From NCBI GenBank assembly GCA_964507485.1, contig CAZDQP010000001.1, positions 753 through 64,752 of the forward strand: a stretch of 64,000 bases of DNA, in the 5' to 3' direction. The notes under the pieces are model-generated. The model was not told where the DNA came from and made no database searches. It worked only from the letters and a program-made list of their open reading frames with translations. This document shows positions 26,525 to 36,180 of this stretch, in pieces (position 1 is the first letter of the stretch; each line of letters opens with the position of its first letter). Source of the stretch: an uncultured Pirellulales bacterium. GTDB lineage: Bacteria; Planctomycetota; Phycisphaerae; Sedimentisphaerales; Anaerobacaceae. A program made the translations under genes and the position numbers.

Positions 26525-27304
26525 ATGGCAAATTTAGCTATTGCAAAAATTATACTGGATGGACACAAATGGCCCGGCGCTGTGAACAGATGGAACTGGT
26601 ATCCTACAAAGACCGCCTTCTGCGGAACAACCGGTAAAGGCTGGGACAATACCGTGGATAACTTCAGTTCCGCCGACGAAACCCAACGAGCCCTGAATGC
26701 CGGACAGCCGACCAATGGTGGCACAAGAACGCCACTCGGGACTAAGATTTCATGCTACTACGATAGTACGGAGAATCCCGGTTACTACACTGTTCAATAT
26801 CTTGCCTTCCACTCGTTCGAGGACGGCATGGATATATCCAAAGATTTCAGTGACGGCAAATTCTGGTGTTCAGGTGCCGCTATCGGATGTATTTCATGCT
26901 CAGAATGGGCGGATACTTCCACGGGTCCTTGGTTCGTTGTGACAAGATGCTCTACCGGTGGAGACCAGACACAGGGTTCGCCTGTCTGTATCCCTTGCAG
27001 TACACATATTTATAGTGACGGTACTGGCGTCGCAACTAACGGATACGGTGACGGCTGCGGCTGGTTCCTGATTGATGGTGTTATGCCCTGCAAGGATATT
27101 ACCTTGCTTGACGATGAGACCGGTGCCGGCAAAGGCGTTGAGATAACCTGCCAGTGCGAACGCGGGGACATCATTATCGAAATCACCGGAGACCAACCGA
27201 TTCTCATGCCTGCTGATGTCTCTAACCTAACTGATGCTACCGGCCTTGTTGGTATAGCTGCCAGTGCGCTTACTATCGGTTGGGCATGTGCGAGTGCGGC
27301 GTAA
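26525..27304 (+). CDS. Cys-rich head-associated protein (decoration?)
   Basis: 259 aa with many Cys residues. AGGAGAAAA RBS. Confidence 0.45.
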   Translation: MANLAIAKIILDGHKWPGAVNRWNWYPTKTAFCGTTGKGWDNTVDNFSSADETQRALNAGQPTNGGTRTPLGTKISCYYDSTENPGYYTVQYLAFHSFEDGMDISKDFSDGKFWCSGAAIGCISCSEWADTSTGPWFVVTRCSTGGDQTQGSPVCIPCSTHIYSDGTGVATNGYGDGCGWFLIDGVMPCKDITLLDDETGAGKGVEITCQCERGDIIIEITGDQPILMPADVSNLTDATGLVGIAASALTIGWACASAA

Positions 27305-27324
27305 GCCGGGAAAGGAGGCCTTAA

Positions 27325-27648
27325 ATGGCAGGTTTTAATGATGCTACTCTCGGCAGCCAGCGCAAGTGTGTAATAGGAAGCGGTGTTGTGATGGAACTTG
27401 GTTATATTGATTTCAGTAACGATGTATCTGTCTCCACCACTGTACCGTCGACGCTTACCAAGTTATTAGGCTGGGTTGGTCATGTTTCTGTCTGTTCCGA
27501 TGCAGGTTGTGTATCGGCAGGATTTGGTAAACCGATTACAAATATGAGTCTTTGTGTCGGACCTGTTTTGGAAATAAGTGCACCTGATGTTACTACAGCC
27601 ACACTTACAGCAGAAGCGAAAATGACTTATACAGCCTGGGGCTGGTAG
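27325..27648 (+). CDS. hypothetical head-module protein
   Basis: 107-aa ORF with a GGAGG RBS. Confidence 0.5.
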   Translation: MAGFNDATLGSQRKCVIGSGVVMELGYIDFSNDVSVSTTVPSTLTKLLGWVGHVSVCSDAGCVSAGFGKPITNMSLCVGPVLEISAPDVTTATLTAEAKMTYTAWGW

Positions 27649-27672
27649 TATAAAAATTGCCTACTTGAACCT

Positions 27673-27733
27673 TCCGGCCCGGAGATGAACATAAAAGGCA
27701 CGGTATGATTCGTGTGCCGGGCCGGATTTTGTT
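27673..27733 (+). terminator. rho-independent terminator
   Basis: 10-bp GC-rich stem TCCGGCCCGG / CCGGGCCGGA, then TTTTGTT. Confidence 0.65.
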
Positions 27734-27748
27734 AAAAGGAGAAAGCCA

Positions 27749-28480
27749 ATGGCTATGTCCTGTAGCGAGTTGATTGACGAAATACAGGCGCGATGCGGTC
27801 GGCCTGATACGACCGACCTTATCGATACTACCTGGCTTACCAGAAGAATCAATGAAGCCCAGAAGATTATTATCGAAGAAGTACCACTTATCCCTTCTGT
27901 TACTTTTCACAACAGAGACTCAATAGATACGACCGGAACAACCAAATATGCGATAAACGAAATATCCGTAGGCGACAGTACGACAGCCAATTTTCCATGC
28001 AATATAACCGATGTATGGTATCTCGACGGAAATGAGAGTAAGAAACTCGTATTTAAGCCTGTTGATGAATACGACAGACTGTATCCCGACCCTACTCATT
28101 CGGACGCTAATAGAGAAAAACCCGTTCACTGGACTTTGAGAGATAACGGATATATTGAAATTGCTCCTCTGTGCGCAAGCGGATACTGGGACAATGACCT
28201 TAAAATAACAGGTGATTTCTATGCGGCGGATTTCACTACGGACAGCACTTCCTTAAGCGATATAAGCCGTGCAGACGAGGGGCTTATCCTTTACGGTGTA
28301 TGGAAATCGTGGCAGGCCATAGGCTCCGCCAATCCCTCAGTAGTTTCAGAGATAAGAAACGCAAAAAAAATGTGGTCAAACCCATATCCGGCCACTGGCG
28401 AAACTCTCGGATGGCTCGAGAGTTTCGGCGATAAAATAAATAGTATGGTTCAGTGGAACGATAATTTTTATGAGGATTAA
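27749..28480 (+). CDS. hypothetical structural-module protein
   Basis: 243-aa ORF with a GGAGAAAG RBS. Confidence 0.5.
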   Translation: MAMSCSELIDEIQARCGRPDTTDLIDTTWLTRRINEAQKIIIEEVPLIPSVTFHNRDSIDTTGTTKYAINEISVGDSTTANFPCNITDVWYLDGNESKKLVFKPVDEYDRLYPDPTHSDANREKPVHWTLRDNGYIEIAPLCASGYWDNDLKITGDFYAADFTTDSTSLSDISRADEGLILYGVWKSWQAIGSANPSVVSEIRNAKKMWSNPYPATGETLGWLESFGDKINSMVQWNDNFYED

Positions 28481-29309
28481 AATAATCGCAGAAACGGGGG
28501 CTGCGCACAGGAAAAGCTATTCGAGATGCCTTGCTATGATAGATGCCGCAAGACAATGCGGCGCCGATGCTATAAAATTCTCGGCCTATAAAGCCGACGA
28601 AATGACTATTGACAGTAATAAAGAGCCTTTCGTTATCAAATCCGAGCCATGGAAAGGAATGAGCCTTTATTCGATTTATGACAGTATTGCCATTCCATAT
28701 CACTGGCTGAATGACCTTAAAAGAGCAACGATGGCCGCCGGGATGGAATTTATTTTAAGCGTCTATCATCCTAATACCGTCGAAATTCTGGGGCAGTTGG
28801 GAGTAAAAACCGTCAAAATAGCCTCTTTTGAGTTAAACTATACCGAATTATTGAAAAGTTTAGCTAACGACCCGAAAGTTTATAATATTCTTCTCAGTAC
28901 CGGGGGGGCTACTGAGAAAGAGATAGATAAAGCCTCTGATATACTCAAATATAAAGACCTTACTTTGCTTCATTGTATCTCCAAATATCCTGCAAAACCG
29001 GAAGAAATGAATCTTGTAATGCTGGATAATATGAAGAAGTTCGGCTTCAAGGTCGGTCTTTCCAATCATTCAAGAATTCTAACTGTTCCGGTCATGGCCG
29101 TTACTATGGGTGCTACTGTCCTGGAACAACACTTAAAGCTGGATGATGATAATCTGGACGCTTCTTTTGCGCTGTTTCCAGACGCTTTTAAGGCCGTTGT
29201 CGATGTTTGCAGAAAAACAGAAGCCATATTGGGGACGGTCGATTATAGCCAGCCAAAAACTTTCCACAGAAAAGAAATTAACGGTAAATGGGTTCGAGCG
29301 GTATGGTAG
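28470..29309 (+). CDS. NeuB/PseI/LegI-type nonulosonic acid synthase (no SAF domain)
   Basis: IIAETGAAH...GADAIKFSAYKAD...VKIASFEL...ILLSTGGAT..EI...LLHCISKYPA...GLSNHS...GATVLEQH is colinear with the NeuB TIM barrel. Confidence 0.75.
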   Translation: MRIKIIAETGAAHRKSYSRCLAMIDAARQCGADAIKFSAYKADEMTIDSNKEPFVIKSEPWKGMSLYSIYDSIAIPYHWLNDLKRATMAAGMEFILSVYHPNTVEILGQLGVKTVKIASFELNYTELLKSLANDPKVYNILLSTGGATEKEIDKASDILKYKDLTLLHCISKYPAKPEEMNLVMLDNMKKFGFKVGLSNHSRILTVPVMAVTMGATVLEQHLKLDDDNLDASFALFPDAFKAVVDVCRKTEAILGTVDYSQPKTFHRKEINGKWVRAVW

Positions 29310-29614
29310 ATTTTAAATGTAATCTTAACTGTCCTCAGAAAACACAGCCACCGCCTTGCTGTCGATTATGTTCCAAGGCAAGAAAAGATTTCATTGATGA
29401 ATCCAATAAGAAATTCTGGACGGATAGTCGTGGTTTCTGGTCTGAAAATGGCTGCAAGCTGGAAAGAGATAAAATGCCTGAAGAATGTAAGTCTTATGAC
29501 TGCCGGATGTATCAGTTTGTAACGATAAGCGTTTGGAGTGGTCAAGGCTGGCTGCAAAACGTAAAAGCCGTACCGCAAGGCAAAAGGGTCGAATATAAAA
29601 TGGCTGACGTATGA
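29303..29614 (+). CDS. Cys-rich protein, paralog 1
   Basis: CNLNCP...CCRLCSKARKDFIDESNKKFW...GCKLERDKMPEECKSYDC. Paralog of the next ORF. Confidence 0.5.
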   Translation: MVDFKCNLNCPQKTQPPPCCRLCSKARKDFIDESNKKFWTDSRGFWSENGCKLERDKMPEECKSYDCRMYQFVTISVWSGQGWLQNVKAVPQGKRVEYKMADV

Positions 29615-29991
29615 AATGTGATTTAAATTGTCCGGCAACGGGGTCAATATTTCTTGGCAGGTTCTGTTGTCATAATTGCTCTGCCGCAAGAAAATATTAT
29701 GTCAAAGAATCGAATAAACATTTGTGGAACGAAGAAAAAGGATTTTTCGAAGAAGGTAAAGGTTGCAGACTGTCAAGAGCAGAAATGCCGCAGGAGTGCA
29801 AGGAATACGATTGCCATAAGAAATCATTTTATATTTGTGAATTAAAATACTCCCAGCTTGTATGGAATGAAAAATGGGTTAAGAAAAAACCTGTTACTTT
29901 ATTTGTAAGAGGTGAAGTAAACGAAGGTCATTTTGATAATTTGTTTGAACAGATGAAAAAAGATATTGCAAGGTTTAGTAAAAATGAATGA
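29611..29991 (+). CDS. Cys-rich protein, paralog 2
   Basis: CDLNCP...CCHNCSAARKYYVKESNKHLW...GCRLSRAEMPQECKEYDC. Confidence 0.5.
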   Translation: MKCDLNCPATGSIFLGRFCCHNCSAARKYYVKESNKHLWNEEKGFFEEGKGCRLSRAEMPQECKEYDCHKKSFYICELKYSQLVWNEKWVKKKPVTLFVRGEVNEGHFDNLFEQMKKDIARFSKNE

Positions 29992-30835
29992 TAAGACAAT
30001 CCTGATAACCGGCGGGACTGGAAGTTTAGGGCAGGCGATAATTGAGAAAATCAGTCGGAACTACAACCCCAAAAAGGTTATTATTTATAGTAGAAATGAG
30101 TATAATCAGCACTTAATATCTAAAAAATACTCCCATATACCTTGGCTTAGATTCCGTATCGGCGACGTTAGAGACAAAGAAAGACTTGCTTGGTGCTGTG
30201 ATAAAGTTGACTATCTGATACACGCCGCCGCATTAAAGCATATCCGAATATGTGAAGAAAATCCTTTAGAGGCTATACAGACCAATATAATCGGCAGCTC
30301 TAATGTAATAGACGCCTGTGTAAAAAACAGGGTACAAAAAGCAGTTCTTGTAAGTACGGACAAAAGCCCAAAGGCCGAGAATCTTTACGGTGCGACAAAA
30401 TTCACAGCCGAAAAACTGTTTGAATCTGCGAATATCTACGGAAGAACAATCTTCAGAATAATCCGATATGGCAATGTAATCGGCTCCCATGGCTCAGTTA
30501 TCGAATATTTCCTCAAACTAAAAAAAGAGGGAATACATAAATTTCCTATTACAGATCCGCAATGTACCCGGTTCTGGATAACACTGAATCAGGCCGCAAA
30601 AGCAGTTATAGAACATTTGTTAAAAGAGAATACCGAAACTTTGTTCATTCCAAAATTACCGTCAATGAAGATAACCGATATGGCAAGGGCAATAGACCCC
30701 GACTGCACTTTCGAATTTATCGGTATTAAAAAAGGCGAGCGTCTGCATGAGGAATTGGCTGAAGGATACACTTCAGACACGAATGACTGGTGGCTTAAAA
30801 AAGAAGAATTTAGAGAATTATTAAAAATATCTTAA
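29984..30835 (+). CDS. UDP-sugar 4,6-dehydratase (PseB/CapD-type SDR)
   Basis: KTILITGGTGSLG, IGDVRD, YLIHAAALKHIRICEENPLEAIQTNIIG, LVSTDKSP...NLYGATK. Confidence 0.8.
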   Translation: MNDKTILITGGTGSLGQAIIEKISRNYNPKKVIIYSRNEYNQHLISKKYSHIPWLRFRIGDVRDKERLAWCCDKVDYLIHAAALKHIRICEENPLEAIQTNIIGSSNVIDACVKNRVQKAVLVSTDKSPKAENLYGATKFTAEKLFESANIYGRTIFRIIRYGNVIGSHGSVIEYFLKLKKEGIHKFPITDPQCTRFWITLNQAAKAVIEHLLKENTETLFIPKLPSMKITDMARAIDPDCTFEFIGIKKGERLHEELAEGYTSDTNDWWLKKEEFRELLKIS

Positions 30836-30843
30836 AATTTCAC

Positions 30844-30872
30844 TTGACAGAAAAAGAAAGATAAAGTAATAC
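30844..30872 (+). promoter_or_regulatory. possible internal promoter
   Basis: TTGACA, 17-nt spacer, TAATAC. The -10 is weak. Confidence 0.3.
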
Positions 30873-30909
30873 TATGCTATGAACGTAGATTTGATAATGA
30901 TAAATAAAA

Positions 30910-30960
30910 GCCCCGACGAGTGCATTTCTGTTATCAGGTCTGCGTTCAGCTTGTCGGGGC
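30910..30960 (+). promoter_or_regulatory. GC-stem hairpin in the leader of 30983-31918 (or a terminator of the upstream genes)
   Basis: GCCCCGAC / GTCGGGGC 8-bp stem, 35-nt loop, followed by ATTTT. Confidence 0.4.
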
Positions 30961-30982
30961 ATTTTAACTAAGGAGTAGTAAA

Positions 30983-31918
30983 ATGATTTCTCAATTTATG
31001 AAAGATGTTCGAGAGGAAAAAAACGGGTTCAGTTTCGGCAAAGTGTTTCGATTTGATGAAGAAAGTGTTGTCGCTATATTACCAATTATCAGAGAAAGCC
31101 AAGTCGAACGAGATTATATTGTTTTGCCAGAAGCTAAAGACGTAAAAATTGAAGATACTGGTGATATTGATAAAGCAAAAATTACTAATAATGGTGATAA
31201 ACCCGTTTATATTAGAAGCGGAACTGTTTTAAAAGGCTCTACTCAGGAAAGAGCTTCTGTTATCAGCAGAATTATCTTCCCGAACCAAACGAAACAAATC
31301 AAAGTCGTTTGCGTTCATCAAACCAAAGGCATATCAATAGGCGCAAAAATGGATTATTCCGGTCTAACGCCTTCTTCAATAAGCCTTGGTTCTCAACAGG
31401 CTACTTGGAATAGCGTTAATAAATATACCTGTTGTGCCCGTAACTCTTTTTCGTCTTCGGCTCCGGATTTATCTTCAAATATTGGAGGAACTTTTTTTGT
31501 AAGTCCCACTGATGATTTGCACTCCTATATGAAAGATTATTCCAAAAAAATTGAAAAAATTTTATCGAAGATAGAATACAAAAAGAATCAAACCGGAATG
31601 GCTTTGTTCGATGTGGAAGGTGTTTTTTTGATAGAGATATTTGATTTAACCGGTTCTTGGAAAGCTATACGTGATGATGTTATTTCAAGAGAGGGGGAAA
31701 ATATCATAAAGAAGGATTTGCAGGGTATTTTTCAGTTGAAACCTGAAAGGGCGAATGAATTGGTAATTAATATTCTCAATGAAAATTATAAAGAAAAAGA
31801 ATTACATAAAAATCAGAGTTCAACTTATGCTTTGGAAGGTGACAAATATATCGGCGAGACAACGATTTTGAATCAAAAAGTTATTCACTTTAGTTTAATG
31901 AGAAAAAGTAAGAATTAA
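30983..31918 (+). CDS. ARPP-1/DUF6569-like protein (tentative)
   Basis: The motif order VAILPI...YIVLPEA...VKIEDTG...ITNNGDKPVYIRSGTVLKGSTQER...IKVVCVHQTKGI...KVIHFSL matches my memory of that family. AAGGAG RBS. Confidence 0.4.
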   Translation: MISQFMKDVREEKNGFSFGKVFRFDEESVVAILPIIRESQVERDYIVLPEAKDVKIEDTGDIDKAKITNNGDKPVYIRSGTVLKGSTQERASVISRIIFPNQTKQIKVVCVHQTKGISIGAKMDYSGLTPSSISLGSQQATWNSVNKYTCCARNSFSSSAPDLSSNIGGTFFVSPTDDLHSYMKDYSKKIEKILSKIEYKKNQTGMALFDVEGVFLIEIFDLTGSWKAIRDDVISREGENIIKKDLQGIFQLKPERANELVINILNENYKEKELHKNQSSTYALEGDKYIGETTILNQKVIHFSLMRKSKN

Positions 31919-31920
31919 TT

Positions 31921-32652
31921 ATGTCTGATTTGTTTTCTCGAATAGCTATAGGCTGTGCAGGATGGAACCAGCCTTACAACGGAGTCCAAGTTCCTGATAA
32001 GGACATAGATAAGATACTTGGCTATTGCCAGTCTTCAGGCATTGATACTCTCGATATGGCAACTGCTTACGGGAATGATTTCAACCGACCGAATTCTTAC
32101 TTCAATAAGATAATCAAAATCCGCAAGGGCGATGATATTGAAAAGATTCTTGAATCGCAACCATACTGCATAATGGCACATGGCTTAGAGAATAATAGTT
32201 GTTTATATCCAGAACCAAAAATAGATAAATGGACAGGGCTCATAAATAGAGGTATTTCACTTTATTCTCCCAATGAAATGGGAGCAGTTAGATGGGAACA
32301 GAAAATAGGTCCACCTATACATGTTATGTTTGGTAATACAAGATTTTCACCTATAGAAATTCTTCAAGTACCTTACAGTCTTTATGACAGAAGATGGGAG
32401 ATACATTTTCCAGAAGTTCACAAACATTATAAAATTCATGTCCGCTCAATCTTCCTGCGTGGCAGGATAATCGAGGATGGAATTCCGGCAGAAGAATGTA
32501 TCAAATTCTGCCTGTGCAATCCTTATATTGATAAAGTAATTATCGGCGCCGATTCTTTTGACCAGTTAAGAAGGAATCTGGATTTCTTATTCAAATGGAA
32601 GAACCTTGAAAAACATGATGAAAAACTTTTGGACACAAGAAAATGGGATTGA
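31921..32652 (+). CDS. aldo/keto-reductase-like protein (short)
   Basis: IGCAGW...GIDTLDMATAYGN resembles an AKR N-terminus. Only 243 aa. Confidence 0.35.
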   Translation: MSDLFSRIAIGCAGWNQPYNGVQVPDKDIDKILGYCQSSGIDTLDMATAYGNDFNRPNSYFNKIIKIRKGDDIEKILESQPYCIMAHGLENNSCLYPEPKIDKWTGLINRGISLYSPNEMGAVRWEQKIGPPIHVMFGNTRFSPIEILQVPYSLYDRRWEIHFPEVHKHYKIHVRSIFLRGRIIEDGIPAEECIKFCLCNPYIDKVIIGADSFDQLRRNLDFLFKWKNLEKHDEKLLDTRKWD

Positions 32653-32810
32653 AACGTACTCTTATAAGTTGCAAAAAATGTAATTATAAATGTCAAATGC
32701 CATATCAGGGAAAAGTACATATAAAATGTCCTAAATGTGGCGGCGAAACAAGACAAAGAGTAGCAGATAATGTTGAAAAAGGTTGGGATGTAAAAACGGA
32801 ATATGAATAA
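32643..32810 (+). CDS. zinc-ribbon mini-protein (55 aa)
   Basis: CKKCNYKC...CPKCGG. Overlaps the upstream stop. Below the track cutoff. Confidence 0.35.
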   Translation: MGLKRTLISCKKCNYKCQMPYQGKVHIKCPKCGGETRQRVADNVEKGWDVKTEYE

Positions 32811-32922
32811 TATGATTAATAAAATCCTGTTTTTAGGAAGTATATTTTTTGTCGCTTTGTCATTCTTGGCTTTTATTTATTACGTGCTGAATATATCAAT
32901 ACTTTAAGATAAAGGAGAAATA

Positions 32923-34314
32923 ATGAATTTTCGACACACAAAAACCTTGATACCTGATGGAGTCCAAACTCTTAGCAAACGTCCCTGCTGTTATGTCGAG
33001 GACGTATATCCTGATTACCTTGTACGGGGAAATGGTTCCTATGTATGGGACTTAAAGGACAAAAGATATATAGATTATCATTCAGCTTTAGGCGCGATAA
33101 TTCTCGGCATAAACAACCAGAAGGTATCCGATGCCGTATGTAACCAGATGAGAGAGGGGAATCTGTTTTCGTTATCTCACCCGAAAGAAACGGAACTCGC
33201 TGAACTGATGAGAGAGACATTTCCTTCCATGCAGGTTATGAGATTCGTCAAGACCGGGTCAGAGGCATGTTCCGCCGCCATTAAAGTTGCAAGGGCATAT
33301 ACTGAGAGGGAAGCAGTGATAACCTGCGGATATCACGGCTGGCATGAATGGTATAACTGCACTACACCCAAAAATGCAGGTTCTTATCCACAACCTGTTT
33401 ATCCGGTCGAATGGGGCAATTTGGAAAAGCTGAAAGAATTGTTAGAAACTAAAAAACCGGCGGCCTTTATTACTGAGCCATATATATACGCAGATGAAAA
33501 AGAGGTTGAAAAGTGGCTGAAAGAGTCCCGCAAGCTGTGTGTTCAGAACAAAGCACTTTTCATATTGGATGAAAATGTAACCGGATTCAGAACTACTAAG
33601 TTGGGCGCCCAAAATCACTGGAAAGTCAAGCCTGACCTTTCCGTGTTCGGCAAATCTATGGGTAACGGAGTGCCCATTGCCTGTTTTGGTGGCCTGGATG
33701 ATATCATGGGCGTATTGAAGAAGGATTGTTTTGTCTCAAGTACCTTCGGGGGAGATTTACTTGGTATAGTTGCAGCCATTGAGACAATAAAACTCCTGAA
33801 ATCTAAGCCTATAATCCATCATATATGGACTATGGGTTCCAAGCTTAAAACAGGTTTTAATCAAAGCGCAGAAGCAGCTATGAAAGAGAGCATAAGATGT
33901 GTCGGGCTTCCGCCGAGAACGCATTTCCTGTTCCCGAGCGCAGAACATAAAAGCCTTTTCTGGCAGGAATGTCTCGACCAGGGAATATTCTTCGGACACA
34001 ATAACTTCGTAACTGCCGAACATTCGATAATAGATATCGATACTACACTCTCCGTGATAAGACATGCCATGAAAATACTTCTGAAGAACTGGGACGCACC
34101 CATGAAGGCTTTGAGAGGGAAAGTCGCCATTGAAACGCTGCGAATGGTCACTGTGCCTGCGCCGAATAAGAAAAAAGAAACGGCCAAGGATATAATTGAA
34201 AAGGCTGACCAGCAGGCGGAAGAAATAAAAACCGATAAACAAAAAAGAACGTCACCACCTCTCTGTAAAAAATGCGGTAATAAACACTGGCCAATGCACA
34301 AATGTAAAGTGTAA
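32923..34314 (+). CDS. class-III (GSA-like) PLP aminotransferase with Lys-rich zinc-knuckle tail
   Basis: YHGWHEW, ILDENVTGFR, FGKSMGNG (PLP Lys) and SSTFGGD motifs. The C-terminal roughly 60 aa are basic and end in CKKCGNKHWPMHKC. Confidence 0.75.
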   Translation: MNFRHTKTLIPDGVQTLSKRPCCYVEDVYPDYLVRGNGSYVWDLKDKRYIDYHSALGAIILGINNQKVSDAVCNQMREGNLFSLSHPKETELAELMRETFPSMQVMRFVKTGSEACSAAIKVARAYTEREAVITCGYHGWHEWYNCTTPKNAGSYPQPVYPVEWGNLEKLKELLETKKPAAFITEPYIYADEKEVEKWLKESRKLCVQNKALFILDENVTGFRTTKLGAQNHWKVKPDLSVFGKSMGNGVPIACFGGLDDIMGVLKKDCFVSSTFGGDLLGIVAAIETIKLLKSKPIIHHIWTMGSKLKTGFNQSAEAAMKESIRCVGLPPRTHFLFPSAEHKSLFWQECLDQGIFFGHNNFVTAEHSIIDIDTTLSVIRHAMKILLKNWDAPMKALRGKVAIETLRMVTVPAPNKKKETAKDIIEKADQQAEEIKTDKQKRTSPPLCKKCGNKHWPMHKCKV

Positions 34315-34320
34315 ATAATT

Positions 34321-34926
34321 ATGAAGTTAGAAATCTTGACTTTAGAGCAATGCGAGGAAGTGAGGAAGTGGCGCAATCAATGCCTCGAAACTCTCCGGAC
34401 ACCATATCCACTTACAAAGGAAATGCAGGAAAGTTTCTATCAGAACGTAGTGTGTAATCGCAACAGTCCACATAGATATTGGGCGATATGGGGCGAAAAA
34501 GAAGACTATCCAGCAGGTTCAGCGATAAAAGTAAAAAAAGGTGAATTGATAGTTCCAAAAATACCTGAATTCTTTCTCGGTATGGGTGGCTTGACTGGCA
34601 TATCGCTTGAAAATCGAAATGCCGAAATCTCACTTATAATAAATCCTGAGTATCGCAATAAAGGAATTGGCAAACAGGCAGTTACATTATTACTCGACCA
34701 AGGATTTAATTATCTCAATCTGCAAACAATATACGGAGAAGTATATGGATGCAATCATTTTGAGATAGTTGAATTTTGGAAAAAGATTACGGAAGAATAT
34801 ACGAAAACTAACTTCGTAAATTGGATAGTTATGAGAAACCGTAAATTCTGGAAAGGCAAATATTATCAGGGTTATTATTTCACTATAGACAGGGACGATT
34901 TTAATTCGGTTGAAAATGAAGATTGA
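34321..34926 (+). CDS. GNAT N-acetyltransferase (PseH-like)
   Basis: LTLEQCEEVRKWRNQCLETLR...TKEMQESFY and the acetyl-CoA motif NKGIGKQAV. Confidence 0.65.
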   Translation: MKLEILTLEQCEEVRKWRNQCLETLRTPYPLTKEMQESFYQNVVCNRNSPHRYWAIWGEKEDYPAGSAIKVKKGELIVPKIPEFFLGMGGLTGISLENRNAEISLIINPEYRNKGIGKQAVTLLLDQGFNYLNLQTIYGEVYGCNHFEIVEFWKKITEEYTKTNFVNWIVMRNRKFWKGKYYQGYYFTIDRDDFNSVENED

Positions 34927-35749
34927 AAAATTTACAGCCTTATATTCACCACTTGACATTGAGATATCGCAGGAAATATCCGGACAATATGAAGACCTGT
35001 CTTATCGTGATGAAGATTGCCATGTAATTGCTGGATTAAAAGATAATCGCATATCCGGTTTTTGGCGTCCCATGATAGCAGTTGGCGATAATAAATCTCT
35101 GAAGATGCACATAGAGAGACTTTATGATATTTGCCAGGACATATTCTATATGGACTTCCTGATTGATGGAAAGCTTTCTGTTATCAGCCAGTTTCTTTTA
35201 CGACATGGCTACAAGGCAAGACCGTATTATACACAGGTGATTGATTTAACCAAACCATGTTCTGAATTACACTCTGACCTGAGAAAAAGTTATAAATCCC
35301 TTGTTAATAAAAGAGAAAATCTTTTAAGAGGCTCTGTTTCAGATTTCAGAATATTGCACGAAAAAGACAGAGGCATAAAGCGGTCTGATAAGGCTTGGGA
35401 TATTCAAGAGAAGATGAAAGAAAATGGGCGGGCGTTTTGTATTCTTGATGACTGGTCGGATACTCAGGCAGAAATTATGATTTATTATAATGATATCTGG
35501 GCTTATTATGCTTCAGCAGCCTCTAAATCGGGGGCTAATAGCCATGCCTGTCTATGGGAAGGGATAAAAACCTGTATGGCAATGGGTTGTAAATACTTTG
35601 AAATGGGCGAACAGGTATTTTCGGTTGGCGCTAAAATGCTTGGTGGTGCCGATAAGCCGAAATTCGCCAACAAGAAAGATGTTGATATAAGTCTTTTTAA
35701 GAGAGGATTCGGGGGTGAATCGAAAGTTAGATTGATATTGGAGAAATAA
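34916..35749 (+). CDS. FemAB-like / GNAT-fold acyl(aminoacyl)transferase (tentative)
   Basis: About 278 aa. The C-terminal IYYNDIWAYYASAAS...ANSHACLWEGIKTCMAMGCKYFEMGE resembles the FemAB/Acetyltransf_6 pattern. Confidence 0.4.
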   Translation: MKIEKFTALYSPLDIEISQEISGQYEDLSYRDEDCHVIAGLKDNRISGFWRPMIAVGDNKSLKMHIERLYDICQDIFYMDFLIDGKLSVISQFLLRHGYKARPYYTQVIDLTKPCSELHSDLRKSYKSLVNKRENLLRGSVSDFRILHEKDRGIKRSDKAWDIQEKMKENGRAFCILDDWSDTQAEIMIYYNDIWAYYASAASKSGANSHACLWEGIKTCMAMGCKYFEMGEQVFSVGAKMLGGADKPKFANKKDVDISLFKRGFGGESKVRLILEK

Positions 35750-35771
35750 TTATAAATGGAGAGATTTCAGG

Positions 35772-35996
35772 ATGAAGTTCTTGAGCAATATAATGAATTT
35801 TATGCAGAAAATGGCTATACTCTCAAAGAAAAGGCAAAGTTGTGCGCATTGCAGTTATAGATACGCTGTTTATCGTGCTTCAGGGAATATATATGAATGG
35901 CATTGTGGCTGCAAAGACTGTGAATATTATCGTCAATATATAGGCGAGTTTGGCGGAAGAGTTTTATTTTCTTTTTGCCCGCATTTCAAAAAATGA
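35772..35996 (+). CDS. small Cys-rich ORF
   Basis: 74-aa ORF with a GGAGAG RBS. A competing 34-aa ORF starts at 35756. Confidence 0.3.
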   Translation: MKFLSNIMNFMQKMAILSKKRQSCAHCSYRYAVYRASGNIYEWHCGCKDCEYYRQYIGEFGGRVLFSFCPHFKK

Positions 35997-36000
35997 AACT

Positions 36001-36180
36001 ATGAATCTTATCGATGTTACAGAAATAACAGAAAGACAAAAAATGGCTATTTGGCTTATGATACAAATAGACCTTGGCAATTTTACCAAAGAACAAGCAT
36101 TAGATATCGGTCGTGATTTCAATGAATATTTGAACGATACTCCAGATTCAACAATGAAAGAATATTTAGATGCACGATAA
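36001..36180 (+). CDS. hypothetical small acidic protein
   Basis: ATG at 36001 within the track ORF 35950-36180. Confidence 0.35.
   Translation: MNLIDVTEITERQKMAIWLMIQIDLGNFTKEQALDIGRDFNEYLNDTPDSTMKEYLDAR

Noticed and set aside
35756-35860. 34-aa ORF (MERFQDEVLEQYNEFYAENGY...) competing with 35772-35996
   Set aside because: Both have acceptable RBSs and I cannot discriminate by eye. The longer one is listed with low confidence.
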